Virus record (IMG/VR): IMGVR_UViG_3300033995_001164
Location: 62,001-126,000 of that record
Strand: one strand, 5' to 3'
Length of the DNA stretch: 64,000 nucleotides
Positions 48,180-56,645 of this stretch are shown piece after piece. The notes below the pieces were generated by a model. The model was not told the DNA's origin, did no database searches, and saw only the letters and a program-made list of their open reading frames with translations. Within the stretch, counting starts at the first letter, position 1; each line of letters opens with the position of its first letter. The position numbers and the translations under genes were made by a program.

Positions 48180-50618
48180 TTAATTTTGTTGTGATTCTCT
48201 TTGTTTTCTTTTTTCTAAAAGTTCTTTAACTCTATCTCTTTTTCTATCTTCTTGTTGTTCTTCAAACCCTAAGAAAGTGACTGAACTTTCTGTATCAATT
48301 TCAAGTAATTCATTATTAAATTTACAATTTTCAAATACTACCCCATCTTTTCCAAGACGAGATTTAGTGATTGCAATTGTCGCTAAATTCATTTCTTTTT
48401 GTGTCAATGTTTTTGCAACCGATATAATAACGTGTCCTACTTGAGCCTTTTTGATTGACCCCCCCATTTGGTCAGTTGTTACTACCTCAGCAGATATTGA
48501 AGACCTATTACCTTGTGTTGCCGTCCACCCGACTAAATCAAGTTCGTGACACATCGCCTCAAATCCTCTCATTACTGAACCTTCCGCTTTCCACTCATCT
48601 TTACTACTTGATTCCGGTAAAATACAATCAATGTAATCCACTAAAACTAAATCAATTTTAATACCGTCAGCAATCATTTTTCTAACTTGAGTTTTGATTT
48701 GATTCATTGTCATAGTGTCTGAAGCCAATTTCTTCAATATTAAACGATTTTGCATCGTTTCTTTAATTTCAGTAATTTTAGACATTACATCTTCTTTATG
48801 TAATACTAAATTATCCGGTTCAATACCTGTCCACATCGTAAAATGTTTTCTTTGGATAATTTTTGGGTTATCCTCGAAGAATATTTGTAAAACATTGTAA
48901 CCTAAATTAAAAGCAGTGTTTGCAATTTTTGATAAAATGGTTGTGTTATGTGTTAAAACATAATCTCTAGTCACGTATAACTCGTCCGGATTAGAAACTT
49001 TAATACAAGTCGCCTCCTCATCATGAGAATAAGTTATCGACTTGACATATTTCTGTTCAACATATTTCTCCCTCTTATAATATCTACCAACTTTTCTTAG
49101 TAATTTGAACGGAACAACGTCATTTGCAAAAGACATTGTTATCGTGTAAGCCAACTGACCCTCTTTCTTCTCTCCGTCATAAGTATAAGTCGGTATTTTA
49201 GTGTTAATTCGAACAGTTCCACCCAAAGATAAAACTAATTCCCTAACATTATTACACAATTGTTCCGATATCGTCGTAAATTGAACCGTCCCTTTTTTAT
49301 CAACATGCCCATCAGTATCCATTAAACCTTGTAATAATGAAACTCTTACATCTAATGAATTATAAAGATAATCTTTTGGTATAAATTTATTGTTAGACTT
49401 TTTATTTAACAAATCATAAACTTTTAGTCGTTCTTTTATTTTACCCTTTAAGTTTATTGATTTTATACTTTTAGTTTCAGTTCTATAATATTCATTAAAC
49501 GATGAATGTTCACCAAGACATTCAATGGAATCAAATAACTCATCGTCCTTAGTACTTATACGGACACCACTATCACAAATACTACCATCTCCCAACAATA
49601 ACCCAAGTAAATATGGGTCTATCAACACTTCTCTTTTTTCAAAATCGACCGGACTTACCACAGGTAATCTATAGTTATATCGACCTCTCTTCTTAATATC
49701 TTTCATCATATCAGAGGTTTTAACAACCTTATACCCATAGTTCGGTTTATAAACACCCTTACCATTAACCCTTGTTTTAGCGGTTCTCATGTTCAATGTA
49801 TTAACACTCCAAAGATGTTCTTCATCACAATTCACAAAAGTATCATCACTAAACTCTACTTTATAAATTGGTCTAACACCTTGTGGGTAAACACCTATCA
49901 CATATTGTTCTTTCCCATCACTACCAATAACCTTATCCCCAAGTTTTACTTCACCCATTTTTACCCATCCTTGAGGTGTTAAAACCGGTTCAGAGTTTGG
50001 ACAGCTCTTGCCAACACCTGTTGGTGCTAATATAACCCCAATTTCCCCTTTTGCTAAACCACCTTTCAATAATTTGTCAATTCCCGGAATACCCATTGGG
50101 ATTGGGTGTCGGTAGTCTTCGTCTAAGACAGTATCTAAATTTTCAAATATATCTGTCTGACCTTTATCAACCTCTCCGACCTGCAATGCGTCTCTCATCA
50201 AACCTTCAACTTTATCATATGATTCAAAGTCTCCTTGGGTAATAATTTTCTGAGCCTTATCCATCGCCTTCTGTAGTTCTTGTTGTTTACAAAATTTCAA
50301 CGCCTTCTCTTGAACGAACATTGTTCCTTCAATTGGAGCGTCCTGAATTTGTTTGATTGTATCTAAAACAATCTTAGCGACCATTTCCTGTGAGATTTCG
50401 GACCTAACAATTTGCCCTAAAGTATCAAAATTTGGTGTTGATTCATATTTTTTGTAGTACTCTTTTGTCATCTGTAAAATGATTTTAAAATACTTATTAT
50501 CAAAATACACTGACTCAATAACATCCATTATAGATGATGAAAAATCTTTATCTACTATTATCTGATTTAGTAATTGTATTTGAAATGTGTTACCTAAGTA
50601 ATCGAAATTTTTATTCAT
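48180..50618 (-). CDS. replicative DNA helicase (DnaB/T4 gp41-like) containing an intein
   Basis: LAPTGVGK|TT Walker A interrupted by an intein; LVDYID, TATQGNR and KSRLG. Confidence 0.9.
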   Translation of the reverse strand: MNKNFDYLGNTFQIQLLNQIIVDKDFSSSIMDVIESVYFDNKYFKIILQMTKEYYKKYESTPNFDTLGQIVRSEISQEMVAKIVLDTIKQIQDAPIEGTMFVQEKALKFCKQQELQKAMDKAQKIITQGDFESYDKVEGLMRDALQVGEVDKGQTDIFENLDTVLDEDYRHPIPMGIPGIDKLLKGGLAKGEIGVILAPTGVGKSCPNSEPVLTPQGWVKMGEVKLGDKVIGSDGKEQYVIGVYPQGVRPIYKVEFSDDTFVNCDEEHLWSVNTLNMRTAKTRVNGKGVYKPNYGYKVVKTSDMMKDIKKRGRYNYRLPVVSPVDFEKREVLIDPYLLGLLLGDGSICDSGVRISTKDDELFDSIECLGEHSSFNEYYRTETKSIKSINLKGKIKERLKVYDLLNKKSNNKFIPKDYLYNSLDVRVSLLQGLMDTDGHVDKKGTVQFTTISEQLCNNVRELVLSLGGTVRINTKIPTYTYDGEKKEGQLAYTITMSFANDVVPFKLLRKVGRYYKREKYVEQKYVKSITYSHDEEATCIKVSNPDELYVTRDYVLTHNTTILSKIANTAFNLGYNVLQIFFEDNPKIIQRKHFTMWTGIEPDNLVLHKEDVMSKITEIKETMQNRLILKKLASDTMTMNQIKTQVRKMIADGIKIDLVLVDYIDCILPESSSKDEWKAEGSVMRGFEAMCHELDLVGWTATQGNRSSISAEVVTTDQMGGSIKKAQVGHVIISVAKTLTQKEMNLATIAITKSRLGKDGVVFENCKFNNELLEIDTESSVTFLGFEEQQEDRKRDRVKELLEKRKQRESQQN
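48945..50006 (-). mobile_element. 354-aa intein with LAGLIDADG endonuclease, inserted in the helicase P-loop
   Basis: Starts [14 protein letters not shown]; EEHLW block B; LLGLLLGDG and LQGLMDTDG; ends VLTHN|T. Confidence 0.92.
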
Positions 50619-50654
50619 AATTTATTTTAAAGTTATCCTTGTATTATTAAATAC

Positions 50655-51107
50655 TTACCTAGCCAAGTCAAGTTCCAAATAATTGTAACTTAATTTTTTG
50701 TCTGAAAAAATGTCAGTCAATCCTCGAAGAGTTTCCTTCAAGAAAGGTCTTACATCGACAGTATACCTAACTTTCGGTGGATAAAATTTTCCATCAAAAA
50801 CTCTATGACAAATTGTCTGTTCACCTAATTTAATATAAATGTTAAACACTTCAGGGCCATCAGTAAACGATGTGTCCATAATTGTTGGGTCATTCATAAT
50901 GGAATCTTGATTGTCCATCATATACGCCAATGTTTTCATTTTCAAATACTCTTGAAGTTCGTCCTTGAATTCCGCAATGAACTCATACAGCTCAATCGAG
51001 TTCTTCGCCTTTGGAATATACCCCCTTACATTAAAGAATCTTTGAACTACAATATTATCATTTAATGATAATAAGAACTCCATCTTGGTACTTTCTTGTT
51101 CTTTCAT
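50655..51107 (-). CDS. conserved hypothetical protein
   Basis: 150-aa ORF within the replication block. Confidence 0.6.
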   Translation of the reverse strand: MKEQESTKMEFLLSLNDNIVVQRFFNVRGYIPKAKNSIELYEFIAEFKDELQEYLKMKTLAYMMDNQDSIMNDPTIMDTSFTDGPEVFNIYIKLGEQTICHRVFDGKFYPPKVRYTVDVRPFLKETLRGLTDIFSDKKLSYNYLELDLAR

Positions 51108-51131
51108 AATTTTAAGTTTGTTTGTTTTTAA

Positions 51132-51446
51132 TTATACTATTTGTTTTCCCTCAACATTTCTTTTTATTCTGTCGGAGGTTCTTTTGTTTAACCATAAAAG
51201 AGCTTCGTCTAATTTGGTAATAGCAATTGCGTTTTCGCGACAAGGGAATTTACTTTGTAAGTAATTCATTCTGTTTAACAACATTTCAATTAATTCCTCA
51301 TTTGTTGTACCATCGGCGATTGTCTTTAATTCTGTTGAACCTTCAGTTATTGGTTCTTTTTGAATAAATTGTAATGCCTGTCCTTGTTCCTCTTTGTTTT
51401 CAAAGTTTGATAACTCGTACTTGTGTCCTTCTACTAATACTTTCAT
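51132..51446 (-). CDS. tad1: Tad1-like anti-defence (cyclic nucleotide sponge) protein; start probably MKVLVEG at 51446
   Basis: GTTNEELIEMLLNRMNYLQSKFPCRENAIAITKLDEALLWLNKRTSDRIKRNVEG matches the Tad1 C-terminal pattern (RENAxA.T..EEAL.W.N.R..DR..RNV.G); ATGA coupling to the upstream gene. Confidence 0.75.
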   Translation of the reverse strand: MKVLVEGHKYELSNFENKEEQGQALQFIQKEPITEGSTELKTIADGTTNEELIEMLLNRMNYLQSKFPCRENAIAITKLDEALLWLNKRTSDRIKRNVEGKQIV

Positions 51447-52441
51447 TTGTTTGTGTTTCGTTTTTCTTTTCTTGTTAATTTCATAAATGGTCTTAGGAAA
51501 TTCACCCAAGCCTCATCGTTTTTTGGAAGATATTTAAAGAGACCATCTTCCATCATAAGTCTCATTAGATTTTTGTATCCCCTATCGGTGGGGTCAATCG
51601 TGTCAGTAATAATTTGGTTTACTAATTCTTTCGCATTTTCTGTAATTAAGGGGTTAGATAAATCGACTATTTTTTTGTTTGTAGTGTAAAACTCTTCACC
51701 AAGTATACCATTTTTTGTTTTACCAATCAAAATATTTTCCAATACTTTTGATTTTTTTTCTTGCACGATATTTCCTGCATTAACTCGTATTTCTTCCATA
51801 GTGCATGGTTTAACCTGCATATCAGGGAATAATTTAACTAAAGTTTTTTCACCTAAACCCTCAATACCATTAATATTATCAGAATTATCTCCTGTAAGAA
51901 TTTTACAAGTTAAGACATTATAGTGGGGAATTTGAACTTTATTGATGGTAATCATATCACCCTGTTTAAAGTATTGTTTTGAGTTTGGTGAGTAAACGGA
52001 TACTTTATCCGAGATAAGCTGTGTAAGGTCCTTATCTGATGAAAATATGGTAATGTCTTCGTTGGTTGACATTTTACAATAATACGCAATAAGGTCGTCT
52101 CCTTCGTTATGAGGCGTTTCAACTTGCCTAACAAAGACCTCCTCAAGATATTCTTTAATACGAGCGTTTTGAGTTAGATATGATTCAAGTTCATATTCAT
52201 TAATATTTTGTTTTCTATTTGTCTTATATTGAGGATAAAGTTCTTTCCGAGTGGACGAACTATGTTCGGCATCCCACATAACAACTACCTTATCGTAATT
52301 ATGTTCCTCAAGGAATTTTCTAATGGTGTTGATAAAGTGGTAGATAGCACCCGAATGATTTTTATCACTATAAAGTTCTTTAACTCCGTGATACCCAATC
52401 TTCATTAAGTTGGCACCGTCAATTAATAATGTTTTTTTCAA
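51443..52441 (-). CDS. 5'-3' exonuclease / T4 RNase H-like flap nuclease
   Basis: LLIDG, EGDDLIA, SSDKDLTQ and GDNSDNINGIEGLGEKT. Confidence 0.9.
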   Translation of the reverse strand: MKKTLLIDGANLMKIGYHGVKELYSDKNHSGAIYHFINTIRKFLEEHNYDKVVVMWDAEHSSSTRKELYPQYKTNRKQNINEYELESYLTQNARIKEYLEEVFVRQVETPHNEGDDLIAYYCKMSTNEDITIFSSDKDLTQLISDKVSVYSPNSKQYFKQGDMITINKVQIPHYNVLTCKILTGDNSDNINGIEGLGEKTLVKLFPDMQVKPCTMEEIRVNAGNIVQEKKSKVLENILIGKTKNGILGEEFYTTNKKIVDLSNPLITENAKELVNQIITDTIDPTDRGYKNLMRLMMEDGLFKYLPKNDEAWVNFLRPFMKLTRKEKRNTNK

Positions 52442-52457
52442 TTAAACCTATTTAAGG

Positions 52458-53189
52458 TTATACAATAATTTTGTTACTCTTTTTTAAATTATCTTCAGCC
52501 CATAATGGTTGAAGATTTTCATAATGACATAACTTATAAAGTTCGTCTTCTGTTTTTGCCGATGATAATGGAATGATGTGGTCAATATGCCACTCACCCC
52601 TGTTATCCCAACTCATACCATCGCTAAATTGGGTTTCTAAATGTTCTTTAAGAAATTCCGGTGAACACCCTACAATATCGAAAGTTTTATTAGTTTTACT
52701 AATGTTTCGGGTTTTAAGAAATGATAAAAGTCTAGACCTCATAATACATTTTAATCGAAAAATAACATCATTTTTTAATCTTAAAGAATGATAAAGATTT
52801 CTTTTTACTTTAACTTTTTCTTTATTTTTTTCTGACCACTCTTTTTTATAAGTTAAAATAGTTTCTTTATTATTTTCATAATATATTTTATACCGATTTG
52901 GGTCTTTTTGGTATCTTTTTTTTGACCTATCATTATCTTTTACCCTAATTACATCAATATTTTCTTCTCGGTAATTTTTAACTTTTAATAATATTTTTTC
53001 CCGGTTATCAATGTATTCTTTTCTTTTTTGAGCCTTTATTTTTTCATCGTTATTATCCCTATATTTTTTCCAAACCATATAAGAACATTGTTTACATTCA
53101 GTTCTAAACCCATCTTTAGAATCTTTTCTTTTTCTAAAATTAGGTAATTCTTTTTCAAGATTACACTTACTACAAACTTTAGTTTCCAT
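52458..53189 (-). CDS. HNH homing endonuclease
   Basis: CSKC...KDG..ECKQC; YxxxNxE repeats; GMSWDNRGEWHIDHIIP...NLQPLWAEDNLKK. Confidence 0.85.
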   Translation of the reverse strand: METKVCSKCNLEKELPNFRKRKDSKDGFRTECKQCSYMVWKKYRDNNDEKIKAQKRKEYIDNREKILLKVKNYREENIDVIRVKDNDRSKKRYQKDPNRYKIYYENNKETILTYKKEWSEKNKEKVKVKRNLYHSLRLKNDVIFRLKCIMRSRLLSFLKTRNISKTNKTFDIVGCSPEFLKEHLETQFSDGMSWDNRGEWHIDHIIPLSSAKTEDELYKLCHYENLQPLWAEDNLKKSNKIIV

Positions 53190-53331
53190 TTCTAATATAT
53201 TCTTTTAATAATTTATTAACAAGGGAAGATAAATTTATAGATTTATCCTTAAAGTACTGTGGAAGTTCTGGGTCTATTGAGACTCCAATCTTAACTTTCT
53301 TTTCAATTTCTTCTTTTTTCTTTCTTCCCAT
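53179..53331 (-). CDS. ribbon-helix-helix protein (50 aa, MGRKKKEEIEKKVKIGVSIDPELPQYFKDKSINLSSLVNKLLKEYIRNGN), not in the ORF track
   Basis: Manual translation; paralog of 6198-6356; overlaps the HNH start by 11 nt. Confidence 0.75.
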   Translation of the reverse strand: MGRKKKEEIEKKVKIGVSIDPELPQYFKDKSINLSSLVNKLLKEYIRNGN

Positions 53332-53382
53332 ATTAATAAATATCTACAAATGTAATAAAAGTAGAATAATTATAACTTTTTT

Positions 53383-54375
53383 TTATTCTTCTTCAAAACT
53401 TTCTTTTTCTGATTCATCAAGTATAATCTCCCCCGTACCACTAAGTATTGCGTTCCAATATCCAGAATATTCTTTTTTATATTTATCTAAAGACTCTTTT
53501 GTGTCCGCAATATATCCTTGAGGCACTACAATAATTTTACTATCCTTATATTGTATTCCATTCACGTGATTTTTTAATATAGAGATTTTTGTTCTAGTTG
53601 CGTAGGAAATTGTTCTACCATTTTTAGTTGCCGTAATATGATTCACACCCGCCTTTTTTTGATTACCAAATAAAAATACCAAACTACTTGCTAACCATAT
53701 CGCCTCACCACCCTTACTCTTAATTTCCGCTTGGCCAAACGGGTTATCAGGAAGGAGTACCCATGGTTGATTTAAAAAAACCACGGTATTATAATATGGA
53801 TAATCTTCTTTTTTAGATTTAGATATTCTTGAATGTATACCCATACCAACTTTATCAGCAAGTACTTTAGCGGTGTGCATTCCCCCACCTTTTCCGTCAA
53901 ATGTCATTTGACAGGGAATTGACCCAATTGAGTCCCATAAAAATAATAGACTATAAGGTATTTCACCTCTTTCTTGAGCATCTAACACATCATTAATAAA
54001 ATCAGTTGCTTGTTCAACAACGTCAAATGAATCGTTAAATATAAAATGACCGTCCCAAACACCATCCTCATTTTGTTCTGCCTGTAATCCAAGTTCTACC
54101 GAGTGTTCCCAAGACCATTTTTTTTCCGTAATAATAAACACCGGTAAATGTCCTTTTTTTTGGGCATCAACCGCTGCCAATATCATTGCTGTTGATTTTG
54201 ATGTGTTTGAGTGACCCAAGAACATATTAATTCCTCCCATCACCGGACCTGGTAATCCAACCGTATCCATAAACGCCTCACCACAATTATAAAAACTCTC
54301 AGGTTTATATTTTGTTTTTGTTGAGAATTTACCTTTAATATCCTCTAATGAGAATGTTTTCTTCTTAATTGCCAT
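53383..54375 (-). CDS. RecA/UvsX-like recombinase
   Basis: GHSNTSKST Walker A-like, FIITEK, LWDSIGS Walker B, FLNQ and KSKGGEA..LAS. Confidence 0.8.
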   Translation of the reverse strand: MAIKKKTFSLEDIKGKFSTKTKYKPESFYNCGEAFMDTVGLPGPVMGGINMFLGHSNTSKSTAMILAAVDAQKKGHLPVFIITEKKWSWEHSVELGLQAEQNEDGVWDGHFIFNDSFDVVEQATDFINDVLDAQERGEIPYSLLFLWDSIGSIPCQMTFDGKGGGMHTAKVLADKVGMGIHSRISKSKKEDYPYYNTVVFLNQPWVLLPDNPFGQAEIKSKGGEAIWLASSLVFLFGNQKKAGVNHITATKNGRTISYATRTKISILKNHVNGIQYKDSKIIVVPQGYIADTKESLDKYKKEYSGYWNAILSGTGEIILDESEKESFEEE

Positions 54376-54661
54376 TTTCTATTTTTTTAATGTGTGGTAA
54401 TTTGTTTGTTTTATTTCTATTGTATTTTGAAGGGTCCTCTTCATATAGTACATCAACTTCTTCTTCATGAAAAGTGATTAATCGAATACTGTTCACACCT
54501 TCTTCATTAACCCCCTCATCTAACATCCCAAATAAAACGCTATCACCAATTTGTTTACTCCTACCTGAAAAGTAAGTTTTATCTTTTAGTTGACTTAAAA
54601 TTTCATAAGACAACATTTTATTGTCCCTCAATTGTAAATCAATTTCTTCTTTAAATGTCAT
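54365..54661 (-). CDS. hypothetical protein
   Basis: 98-aa ORF overlapping the recA start. Confidence 0.55.
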   Translation of the reverse strand: MTFKEEIDLQLRDNKMLSYEILSQLKDKTYFSGRSKQIGDSVLFGMLDEGVNEEGVNSIRLITFHEEEVDVLYEEDPSKYNRNKTNKLPHIKKIENGN

Positions 54662-54725
54662 ATAATAATATCATTAATACTTGGACAATAAGTATGTCTT
54701 ACGGTCCAAGTTTTATTATTTTATT

Positions 54726-55577
54726 TTAGAATGGAAGCTCTTCATCAGGTAAATCATTCATTTGTGGGTCAATAGGACTTTCATTTGATTTAGCACCACC
54801 AAAAGACTCTGTACCGACTGAATCACTTTCGTAAGAATATCCACCTTTATCTGAATCCCATCTTGGAGTTTCCCCACGAGCAATTGCTTCAAGATATTCA
54901 ACCGGTTTTTTAGAATAAACATCTAACCAAGTTAACTCATCATTAATCCAAGCATCTGCCTGTGCTTGGTCTGTATGTACAGGACCTTTGTCTTCATACA
55001 TAATTGTAGATACAGTCGTGTATTCTTTTCCTTTTGGTGTTTTAGCCTTAGATAATTCAATGATTAAATCTCTACCTTCTTGAGCGTTGGTAATATCACC
55101 TTTGTTTCTCCAAATTGGGATAATTTTATCTAAGATACCATCGTTTTTGTAGTTATGTTTGAATCTCCAAAATTTAGGTCCGTGGTCTTCATTATCTCTA
55201 TCGATAACTTTTACGATATAGAATTTACGAGAACGGTACTGAGTAGCTAATTGTTTGTCAGATTCTTTTCCGGTTGAAATTAACTCTTCGTAAACCTCAT
55301 TTAAAGGTGAACGCTCGTTATCATTCTTTCCCGGGTCGTAGAATTTTTGCCATTGTCCCCCAACTTGAATCTCATGATACCAAGCCTCTTTGAATGGTGA
55401 AGAACCATCACTCGTAGGTAGGATTCTAACTCTTCTTTGTCCTGATTGCTCCTTATCACCTAAGATAAGTGCAAAATATTTTTTCATTCTTTCGTCTTGC
55501 GACATTTTTCCTTGGGCCCCGCCCCCTGATTGTTTTGAATTTTCGTACTGTGCCAATACGGCGTCTAATGAACTCAT
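54726..55577 (-). CDS. single-stranded DNA-binding protein (T4 gp32-like)
   Basis: VRILP..PF...YH, KVIDR..KFWRF, D.T..GRDL; acidic DEELPF tail. Confidence 0.75.
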   Translation of the reverse strand: MSSLDAVLAQYENSKQSGGGAQGKMSQDERMKKYFALILGDKEQSGQRRVRILPTSDGSSPFKEAWYHEIQVGGQWQKFYDPGKNDNERSPLNEVYEELISTGKESDKQLATQYRSRKFYIVKVIDRDNEDHGPKFWRFKHNYKNDGILDKIIPIWRNKGDITNAQEGRDLIIELSKAKTPKGKEYTTVSTIMYEDKGPVHTDQAQADAWINDELTWLDVYSKKPVEYLEAIARGETPRWDSDKGGYSYESDSVGTESFGGAKSNESPIDPQMNDLPDEELPF

Positions 55578-55609
55578 GTGTTAAATAATTAAATTGTTAA
55601 ATTGTTAAA

Positions 55610-55641
55610 TAAACATAAGTGATAAATCGGGAAAAGTCAAA
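55610..55641 (-). promoter_or_regulatory. Bacteroidota-type promoter (TTTG-N20-TATGTTTA) for the SSB/recA block
   Basis: One mismatch to consensus; lies immediately after a terminator. Confidence 0.55.
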
Positions 55642-55642
55642 T

Positions 55643-55670
55643 TAAAAAAGGTGTCCGTTAAGACACCTTT
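55643..55670 (-). terminator. intrinsic terminator
   Basis: AAAGGTGTC-6nt-GACACCTTT stem followed by Ts on the minus strand. Confidence 0.75.
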
Positions 55671-55680
55671 GAAGTTTTTA

Positions 55681-56382
55681 TTATCGTTTGAATGAGGGTT
55701 TGTAGTCGTCTCGTTGAGAACCTGGTTGGAAGGAATTTTTAATATCGCTTGAATTAATGTCTTCAACTTCATCGGAAGTTAAAACATATTCATTTTTTCC
55801 GGTCATTTCCATTTCGTCTTGTTTGTCATCAAAAAATTGAGATAATTTTTGATTGAAAGGGTATGAATCGTAACTTCTCAATTCTAATTTCTCTTGAGGT
55901 GTTTTTTCTCGATATTTTTCAATTTTACTTTCAAGTGAATTTAATTTGTTCATTACATTATCCATCTCTCCTAATTTGGATTCTAAGTTAGATAGTTGAC
56001 TGAATAAGTTTTCAAAATACTCATCTTGTTTAGTTTCAATATTTTTTTGAGAATTAACCAAATCAGTAATTTCAAGTTCTTCACTTCCACTACCATCATC
56101 AGTTGATTCTTCAGAACTACCCTCATCATCGATTTTTTCTACATCAGGGTCAGTTGCAACATCAATTGCTTGTGGTATATCTCCAGGCGCCGGTGGTGGT
56201 ACTGCCTCAGATGGTGCTGGAGCCGGTGGAGTTTCTTCTCCCGGTGGGGCCATTGGTGGTGTCAAAGCACCTAATTCATCTTCAATGGGTGTTTCAGGTT
56301 CAACCGCAGCTTGTTCCATAATATAATTGTTAATATTATGATACCTTGTAATTTCTTGTATTAATTTTCTATCTAATGCCAT
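55681..56382 (-). CDS. acidic Pro-rich coiled-coil protein (possible virion/scaffold)
   Basis: Pro/Glu-rich middle, heptad C-terminal half. Confidence 0.55.
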   Translation of the reverse strand: MALDRKLIQEITRYHNINNYIMEQAAVEPETPIEDELGALTPPMAPPGEETPPAPAPSEAVPPPAPGDIPQAIDVATDPDVEKIDDEGSSEESTDDGSGSEELEITDLVNSQKNIETKQDEYFENLFSQLSNLESKLGEMDNVMNKLNSLESKIEKYREKTPQEKLELRSYDSYPFNQKLSQFFDDKQDEMEMTGKNEYVLTSDEVEDINSSDIKNSFQPGSQRDDYKPSFKR

Positions 56383-56388
56383 TTTTAA

Positions 56389-56613
56389 TTATCCGTTTAA
56401 TAATTGTTTAATTCCTCCTGCTGTCTCAACTCTAACTTTTCTGTTAATCGTTGTTTGATGTCCAGCTCTTTCAATAAGCCCATCTCTTTCTCTGATTGTA
56501 TAACAATCACCTGTATCTAAATCACAAACTTGTTGTGTTCCATCACCGTTATCTGTTTGAGAAACTCTTGTTGATTTTCCAAGATAGTTGTCTAATGCTG
56601 ATTTTATGTTCAT
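56389..56613 (-). CDS. small hypothetical protein
   Basis: 74 aa, QVCDLDTGDC; TATTTATA 14 nt upstream of the start. Confidence 0.6.
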   Translation of the reverse strand: MNIKSALDNYLGKSTRVSQTDNGDGTQQVCDLDTGDCYTIRERDGLIERAGHQTTINRKVRVETAGGIKQLLNG

Positions 56614-56645
56614 AAAATTGTTTTTATTATAAATATATCATTATG

